From contig CAVNZM010000005.1 in assembly GCA_963693365.1 (NCBI GenBank), forward strand, positions 11,121,728 through 11,185,727: a stretch of DNA of 64,000 nucleotides. Reading direction: 5' to 3'. Under the pieces are notes generated by a model that saw only the letters and a list, made by a program, of their open reading frames with translations, did no database searches and had not been told where the DNA came from. This document shows positions 47,092-64,000 of the stretch, one piece after another. The stretch is from Amoebidium appalachense (taxonomy: Eukaryota; Protista; Ichthyosporea). Position numbers and translations under genes: made by a program. Within the stretch, counting starts at the first letter, position 1. The number at the start of each line of letters is the position of its first letter.

Positions 47092-48000
47092 TACGTACGT
47101 GCATGTGTGCAACCGTCCTCGGCAAAAGGGGGCTGAGAGAAATGGGGGGGGGGGGGGGGGGGGGGGGGGATAGGAGGAGATTGAAATGGGGAGAGAGATT
47201 GATAGTAAACACACTTACAAAAGTCATCATACATCCCACCAACACCACGCGTGCCTATTAAAGACAACTCGTTTGGAGTCTCCCCTAAAGCCCAATTTCA
47301 TTTCCTTTTCATGATTTCCTTCAGCTTCCTGGTTGTTGTATATTTTTGCACAAAAGAAACTAAAACTACTCCATTCAACGGATGTGCATGTTTGCAAAAG
47401 CACATCTGTGACATATATAGAGGGGAGGGGTGGGGGTTCTTTGCACATATTCTCACTCACATTGTGCTCCAATATGCCGTTTCACACATGGGCCATATGA
47501 TGTTCAGCTGCGCCTTCCTCTGCTTCACCTCATCCTTGACCAATGCAGACTTGTTGCGTTGACCAATCAGATTGCTTGGCTCGTCACTCTCAAGGCGTTC
47601 CCATTCGCTGGTGTGTGCCTTGATGCGCTCGAGGTGATTGGCTAGTTCTTGCACGTGATCGTGCAGGTGGCACCTGATTGGTTGGGGGGAGAGGGAGGTT
47701 GGAGGAGGTTGGGGGGGAAGATTAGCTGAGTTTAAGTGGGGAGGTAATGATCATGTGAGGATAGGTATGTTTGCCTTGAAAAAAATCAACCAAAAAACAT
47801 ATCTCTTTCTTTCCTTTTGGTTTATACTATCCTTGTGTGTGTTTGTATGGTCGGAGAGAGGGGAGGGAGAGAAAGGGGGGGGGGAGGGGGGGGGGGGGGG
47901 GGGGGGGGAGGTCGTCTTTGAGGTAATTGGGTGAAGTGGGTGCAGAACACCATCATAATCCCGTTCATTTCTTTCTTGACCGCCGTGTGGGTGCCTTGGT

Positions 48001-48650
48001 TGCTGCTTGAACAACGAATAAGTGTTTTTTGTTCATCAGTGTGTTGCTTTTGCTTGAATAGGAATGTGTGGCTTAGTTTTAGCTTGAACAAAGAATAGGA
48101 GTGTGGATTTTGCTGAACAACGAATCTGTGAGTTTGGGTTTGCTTGAACCAAGAATAGGCGTGATTCGTTTTTGCTTGAACAAAGGTTAGGCGTGTGGTT
48201 TTTGCTTGGACAACGATTTTGTAGTTTTGATTTTGCTTGAACGAAGTATAGGTGTCTTATTGCTTGAACAAAAAGTCGGTCTGTAGATATTGCTTGAACA
48301 ACGAATGTGTGATTTGGTATTTGCTTGAACAAAGAATAGGTGTGTGGTTTTCGCTTGGACAACGAATGTGTAATTTCGTTTCTGCCTGAACAAAGTGTAG
48401 GTGTATCTTGTTTTTTCTTGTACTGTTGAAAGAATAGGCGTGTTGGTTTTGCTTGAACAACGAATGTGTAATTTCGCTTTGCTTGAACAAACACTGAGGT
48501 GTATCTCGTTTTGCTTGAACAAGAATAGGTGTGTGTGTTTACAAGGAATGTGTGGTTTCGTTTTTGCTTGGACCATAAACCATGGGTGTTGGCTTTGCTT
48601 GAACAACACACGACGAATAGCTGCTTTGCTTTTCGCTTGACTGACGTGTG
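48001..48650. repeat. Degenerate ~30-bp tandem array with conserved core TTGCTTGAACAA; related units continue at 49085-49490
   Basis: About 20 periodic core copies with related but diverged intervening sequence. Confidence 0.8.
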
Positions 48651-50069
48651 GGTGGTTTGGCTTTTGCATGATGCTTTGTGGGTTCTTTCCTCTTATTTTT
48701 TTTTTTTTTTTTTTTTTCTTCCACATGTTTGTTGGGTTCTGAAAGGAGTAACGATTGTACCCACCTCGTGTGTTCTGACATAGCAGATGGGAGAGCCGGG
48801 TTGGCTTGGTGTGGCGGTTGGGGTTGCTGATTGCCGCCCAATAGGAGTGCAGGGCTGCCTTCCGGGCTGCAGAGGGCGATTTTGATTGGTGAATGTCATG
48901 GAAAGACAAACTTTGAACCCCCCCCCCCCCAAAAAAAAACCCCCCTCCTGATATGTTTCTTCCTACGGGGTAGATGTGGATTATGTAGTCTTAGTGATGT
49001 GTCACGGATTGAGTCAAATGAGTGGGTGAGGTTTGTGTGGGCGCCCGCGTGTGTGGATGTAAATACAACCATGCTACTATGATCTTCGTTTTGTTGCTTG
49101 ACTGACGTGTGGGTGCTTTGAATTTTGCTTGATTAAAATATAAGTGTGGGTGCTTTGGGTTTAGTTTTGAGTGTGGGTGTTTAATACTTTTCTTGAACAA
49201 CGAATGGGCGCCTTGGTTTTGCTTGAGCTGATGTACATGGTGTTTTGCATTTGCTTGACCTTGACGTGTGGGTGATTCGGGTTTCAATCCACTGAGCTTG
49301 GTTGATGTATACTATAGTATGATCACATTGAAAGTATAACGAATGGGTGCTCTGGGTGCTCTGGTTTTTGCGTCAAGTTGAATGATTGTGAAACGGTCTT
49401 TGCATTTGCTTGACTACATACATAGTGTGTGTGGATTTGTTTTGCTTGGCTGACGTGTGGGTACTTTTTTTTTCTTGCTTAACTAACATGTGGGAGCTTG
49501 GTTTTTGCCAATGCATATGTCTGTTTGGGGTTGGGGAGGAGAGGAGCCACCCACCTGGACTGCTCTGGCCGGGATGGCGGGGGGGTGGGTGTGGGCTGGG
49601 GTGGGGTTGGAATTTGCTGGTCGACGTCATTCACCACGAGCTCAGGAATTCTTTCGGGGCTGTTGGAAGGGGATTTGATTGGTCAATATTAGCTTCTAGG
49701 GTTGATATCGATGATGGAAAAATGAACTTGAAATATGCAATTGAACTACAGGTGAGGTTAACTGCTAAAAGGAACCAATCGGGACGAGATTTTCCTAGTT
49801 TTCCGACAGACACATATGTAAGCAGCTGATGTTCTGTAAACTTGACCTACTGTAGTGCCTCGCGATCGTTTGAATTCATCACACTACATATTTATCTCCT
49901 CTCACTTCTTCTCACTATCTTGTTTCCTAGCACCTTTTTTTTTCTCCCTTTCTTTCTCTCCTTTTCAAGGCTTTGCCAATTCTTCTTCTCTTTCTTTGCC
50001 TTCTCCTTTTCCTTCTTCTTCTTCTTGATCTCTTATATATGTTTTCTTTCCAGGCCCGGGCGGGCAGGG

Positions 50070-50115
<46 letters not shown>

Positions 50116-53100
50116 AGGGTACATACTCCACACCCAATGTATCGCAGACTTCGAGCGCAGCCGCATTGAGTGCCTCCGCCAATGCCTTTAGCTGATCCTT
50201 GAGCTCAGCACAGTCCATCCGCCCATCCACCTACCCGACCACCGCCTGGGCTCTTTCCACGACACTCTGCATGGCCGCCATCGTCTCCTCCGCCTGCTCC
50301 GACAGTCCGGATGCTTCTGGAAGAGTCTTGTGCTCTTTCTCCAGACGACCAATGATGCTGTCGAGGGAGGCAATGACGTCATCGGCTGAAAACCGGGCCG
50401 TGGGGTCCAACTGAAAGCACCCCTCCAGGAGACTGCGCACGTCGGGTGACAGGTGGCGGCACATGTCGGGCTGCTCAAAATATTTAATGGTCTCTTATAC
50501 GGGTGTATGCTGGTAGTAGGTGTCGGGGTAATCGTTGCAGCATGGGGTGTCCCCAGCCGGGAAAGGGATGTAGTCGCAGGATGGCAGGACCTTGTTGAAA
50601 TCCATGGCAAGGCAATAGAGCAGCGAAAACGTGACGATGCCAAACTTTCACACATCACACTTGGCGCCGTCGACCTCGTGGGCCACCCCCGGGCCCGCCA
50701 TGCATGCCGGTTGCTCTTCGGGCGACATCAGAGAGTGCCGTTTAGGGTCGCACCGCGCAAAATGCCGCCCCCCGCCATCGGCTAGGCCAAAGCCGGTCAG
50801 TTTTGCCTTGACCGTGCCGTCCTCCTCCCTGCCCACGACTATGGTGCTCACGTTGATGCCCATGTGGGCCACCCCGTGCCTGTGCAGGTAGCCAAGGCCC
50901 TCTGCTGTCTGTCGGAGCAACTTGAACAGTTCAACACAACCTCCGTGAGGGCCTTGGCTTCGTCCATGCCCAGCCCCTTGTCTTCAAGGTCGGCAATATG
51001 GTTGGCCAGGTAGTCGAAGATGTTTTCGAACGGAAAGCATTCACAGAGCAAGACCTGTGAGCAAACATTGGGCCAATGCGTGTCACGTTTACCTCGTGGC
51101 ATGAGGCTAAGCAACGGATGTTCAACGAGGAACCTCTTGTATGCTGCGAGAGATGTGGACGAAAAGATGTAGAGCTCGTATTAGCTAAGTAAGACCTCAG
51201 GCTGGTCATATAAACCAGAACGAGAAATCGAACGAATGGGTTGAGATGAGATGGTTCGGGAACTGGAAATGGAGGAAGGAGGTTGGGTTGGGGTGGTCTG
51301 TGGGGGTTTATGTGTGCACGTGCACAACAGATGATGGTATTACAAATGGAGTGGAAAAAAGGAGAATATCACGAACTCTTCTAAACATTTCAAAGTTATA
51401 ATGCTGCCAGCAAGTCTACCGCACAAACTGCACGTCTGACGTCTGAGGCGCACAGCATTACCGGTGCCTACTCGCCTTTGCCTGTCTCACAAAATTGTTC
51501 ATGTTCCAACAGGCCACGATTCATGCAAGGCAAGTGCGCCATGTGGCCCAAAGGTCCCAAAATGCCCATCCATTTCCAACTGGCAAAAAACCCATGCCAT
51601 CCATTTCCACCATTTTACTAACATCTCAGACAATTTAAGTATTCAAGCAACATCCACCGTGTTGTTCTGGTCGCCCAGTTCGGCATTCTCCGACCAGTAG
51701 TTGCCACAGGACCGCGGCAGCAGCAGGTTGGGATGGGAGGGAAGGCCCCCCAATGACGTCATATTCGCGCCTTAGCTTGCTTGTGCCGTGGCCCTCCTGG
51801 TCCTGCAAGGGCAGCTCCTCGGCCTCTTCACGCTTGAGGGCCCATTTCTTGCCACGGGTGTCGGTAGCCAGACAGAAGCCGTCCTTAGTGTTGTTCTTAG
51901 CTCCGTTCATCTCAAGGGCCATTTCCGACTCAATCGTGATCATGACGTGGTCAGCAGCGGCCATTCTTGAGACAAAGTGTGGATAACAGTAAAAAGCTAG
52001 GAATGGTAATAAAAATGTTTTGTTTCAACGACTGTGGTATGAAATTGCTTTTACATGGAAATCTGTTTGCACAGTTCCTACCAACTACAGCATGCGGTCG
52101 ACACAGGACTGAAGGTCTGAAATCCCGCCCAGCTTGAGCCGAACCGTGAGCGACTATAATGGCTGCATGATATTAAACGTTTTCCTTTCAGCCAAATCCG
52201 CGCACTATTGGCGGAATAACGCAGTTAGAATTTGTGGAAAGACTAATTTGATCACTCACAATAATGTCATAAAGATGGCTTTCACCGCTCTAATATTCGG
52301 GTAGTGAACGGGTACGTCACGAACTGATAAGCAAGGCTGTACCTGCTCTCTCTGTGTGTCTGTGTCTGTGTGTGTGTGTGTGCGCGCGCTTGTGTATGTG
52401 CGCGTCTGTGCGTGTGTGTGTGTGTGTGTGTGCGCGCGCGCGCGTGTGTGTGTGTGGGGGGGGAGGACGTTAGGGGGGTATGGAGGGCCGTTTGGGAAAT
52501 GGGGGGTGGAGGCGAGCAAAAGGAAGCTTAAGGTAGCGACAATACTGAGTTGAGATAGTGAATATGGGCAGGAGGCGTGGCTTCAGGGAGTTGTGCACTG
52601 CACGGACCGTGGAGTGGAAAAATAAAATAGGTTGTGACGCAGTGGCAGGAATACGTAGAGACAGTGAGAGGGAGGACGAGATGGTCAAAGCGATGTGGGG
52701 AAGGTTAAGAAACAAAAAGAAAATTCTGGTGGCTTCTGCGTGGAGGTGGTGTGGGAGGAAGGGCGGGATGGGGGAGGGGGGGGGGGGGTGTTAGGGCGGG
52801 AGGAGAAGGGGCCCCCGGGGCTAGGGGAAAACGGAGCCTTGAAATGGGGGATTAAGAGAGGACTAGAGAAAATGTGTGTCCTTATGTGTTCGTGTTGACT
52901 TCTATAAGGGGGCATCAGGGCCGTGAGGGTGGGCAGATCTCCAAACCCTTACCCACCCTTGCTTTTCTTGGGCCCCTTATTCTTTTTTACTTTTCTTTGG
53001 TAGCGGGGCGTTTTTTTTTTTTTTTGGGGGGGGGGGGGGGGGGGTTGGATGGGGAAAGGGGAGGAGGACATGAGGGAGAAGTTGAGACTGAGATTATGTG

Positions 53101-54711
53101 CACAGAGCTGAAGGAAACGGCACACGTGTGCCCAAAATGCTGGTGCAGGTGCACACCCCAAGACATAGATGTGCTGGTGTGATGAGCTGGATATGCGTGC
53201 GTGTGTGTGCGTTCTTGGTAGGGTGGGTCGGGCTAGTGGGTGTGGGTTTTCTGGACCCGCGGAAGGGTGGAAAGGAGGGCCAGGGGGGGGGGGGGGGGGG
53301 GGGGGACCAGCTTTTTCCCCCTAGTGGTGGAGAACGTTAATGATCACAGCGGGAAAGAGAGGCGCTCAGAGAGGAAGGGGCGCATTGGGGGGCGAAAGGG
53401 GGGGGGGGGGGGGGAGGAGGGGAGGGGGGTATAAACAGATAAGCAGACATCGTGCGGCACGGAAAACACTGAATCTTACCTGTGCGTGTGTGCCAAACGA
53501 ACAGCTGGAGCTGCCATTTTGGCGCCCTGTCGAGGCCGGGGCAATACAGAAAAAAGTGAACGCCTCTGGTAGCCATGCCTTTGTTTAACAGCCTCAGTTT
53601 CTAAGGTCGCTTTACACCGTTTGTAAAAGTCGTGCACGCAACAGATAAAAACCTGTTTGGGGAGCTACGTGTTTGCTTTTCATTTTGCTGCCTTTACTAG
53701 TAGCTGCTTCTGCCGTTGCCATCGTGACTACTTCAGGCTGTGCTCTTAATGTTGAGTTGATGCTCAGAGCTTCACTGAACGCCAACCCTCCCCAGCTACA
53801 TGTCCGCCGCAGAGTCTCAGGGGCAGCGGTTCTCCTCAGACTGTTTCATTATTGGGGTCTCAAATTTAACCTCTAATAGTTTCAAATATCCTGATTAATG
53901 ATTGCTCATTATTCTCCGATTTATTTGTTTGCATACCGTAACAAGTAGAATCCAAACAAATAATTATATCTACCAAAGGCTTTAAATGTTACATTAAAGC
54001 TGTGCAGGTATTTCGGTCAAAAAAGAAAAAAGACAAATAGAATTTTTGAGTTACCGAAAAAATGCTTGTAAGGCTTTCATGAGGTCAGGAGGTACAGGCG
54101 TACTCCAGTGAAAACGCAAGGTGATTGCCCAAAGCGCCAACAATCTTATGCGTGGCCTGCAGAATTGCTCATGTAAATGTCTTCTCAATTATTTTCCCCA
54201 ATTTTTTCCTACTACAACACTTTATGTATATCATATTTCTACATTATTTTCTCCTTTTGCTTTTCTATGGTCTTTTACCTATAGAAAAATGTATCTTTCA
54301 AACCGCAGAATGAGCTGATAAAGTCGTTGTGTTACACGTTCAATGACTGACAGCCGCTCGCATCTTGTATAGGGATTACGGGGAACAGCTGATACTTTTG
54401 ATTTTTTTTTTTTTTGAGTTGGCAAAGGTTTTCGTCTTTTCTTTGCATGCGCATGTTAGCCAAGTAGGGGGTTAGCTAAGTAGGGGGCCATGACACAAAT
54501 TGTGGTAGTGGTGGCAGTATAAGACCAGTACAGGTAGGTAAATAAGGGGTATTATATGTTTGAAAGTCATCACAGACAAAAAGTGGTCGGCACGTTCGCG
54601 CACCGGTGTCACACCCAGCCATAGGCCTACTGACAGTGTGCAGTAAAATAAAAGGACATACGAAAACGTGAGTAATTCGTTGGCTCCAAAACAGACGGAC
54701 GGCATGCGAAG

Positions 54712-62975
<8,264 letters not shown>

Positions 62976-63078
62976 AAAAAAAAAAAAAAAACCCACACCG
63001 GTGGCACCACCACCACTTCATGGCCGACATGAAATAAAAAAATGTGTCCGCACTCGTTACCTTGAAATGTGCAAAACC

Positions 63079-63138
<60 letters not shown>

Positions 63139-63282
63139 GTTGTAGATGTATGTGCCTTCACGTGTTTGTGTTTGAGTGAGTGAGTGGATGAATAGGAGTG
63201 TGTGTGCATATGGGCGTGTGTTGTGGGGGAGAGAAGGGGAGAGGGGTGTGTATATGTGTCGTCTGGGGAGCAGGAGGTTTTT

Positions 63283-63313
<31 letters not shown>

Positions 63314-63753
63314 GGGGGGGATGAAGTATGGGCATATTCACGTGATCGCATTGGTGGGGTTGCAGGATATCGGAGGGGGTGGATGCACGTGACAGAATGA
63401 TGCGGGTGGTGCTGTGGTATATGACTGCATTCCACGAGGGAAGAAAGGTATGTTGTGCTATTTTACTGCATTCCATGAGGGGAGGGAGGTATGTTGTGGT
63501 ATTCAATGAGGGAATGAAGGTATGTTGAAATTTTTGATTGCATTATACGAGGGAAAGAATGCATATGTACGTGTATGGACAACTATAGTCCCTATTCACG
63601 AAAGTCGACATTTGCTGTTATGTGAACCTCATCATCTGAGAAATAGAGAAAGGATGACAACAGATACCTCCCCCCCTCCCCCCCCCCCCCCCCCCCATCT
63701 CTCTCTCTCTCTCTCTCTCCCCCCCCCCCCCCCCCCCTCCCCCCCTCTTCAAT

Positions 63754-63888
63754 TGAGGATGGGCTCTGTTAATTTTGCATACTGCACGCGTTGCTGATGC
63801 TGCATACTTGAATGTTTGCTTTTGCATGTGTCCTGCACCGTGTTTCCCATCGTGTAGTTGTACTTCGTACCGTCTTTCGCATTCTAAA
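63754..63888 (+). mobile_element. Divergent subfamily copy E (5'-truncated)
   Basis: TGAGGATGGGCTCTG...TGCACCGTGTT...TGTACTTCGTAC...CGCATTCTAAA then a C-rich tract. A C-run also lies upstream. Confidence 0.65.
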
Positions 63889-64000
63889 CCCCCCTCCCCC
63901 TTCCCCCCCCCCCCTCCCCCCCCCTTCCGCTGGCTGTCAGTCACCATTGCGCGTCATACCCTCCCCCCCCCCCCTCCCCCTCCCTCCCCCCCAGACGTAC

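Noticed and set aside
48001-48650. CRISPR-like appearance of the 30-bp array, and its 191-aa and 240-aa ORFs
   Set aside because: The core is only about 12 bp, the apparent spacers are homologous to one another, there are no cas genes and the context is a eukaryotic intron. The ORFs are by-products of the repeat.
53480-53576. Minus-strand ATG exon with a strong GTAAG donor
   Set aside because: It could be an upstream exon of the kinase pseudogene, but no in-frame connection was found.

Overview
This is eukaryotic, intron-rich genomic DNA. The gene content looks like a unicellular opisthokont, but that is inference only. Introns are filled with poly-C/poly-G, (CA)n/(TG)n and (CT)n/(GA)n tracts, so most of the supplied ORF track is spurious. 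Genes rebuilt by hand from splice sites and protein motifs: two intronless UNC-93-like MFS paralogues in inverted orientation flanking an 8-exon ELP5 gene, a 2-exon secreted metallophosphoesterase, a 16-exon acetyl-CoA synthetase, a decayed multi-exon pseudokinase gene, and the 5' part of an ORP9/10/11-like oxysterol-binding protein gene. Repeats include a Harbinger/Tourist-type MITE (TTA TSD), a foldback element and several minisatellites. The most notable observation is a dispersed, 5'-truncated retroposon-like family (7 copies or fragments) whose 3' ends all abut poly-C tracts. Its two longest, divergent copies keep both hammerhead core motifs (GAAAC and CUGANGA) and a covarying stem, in an order that fits none of hammerhead types I, II or III.
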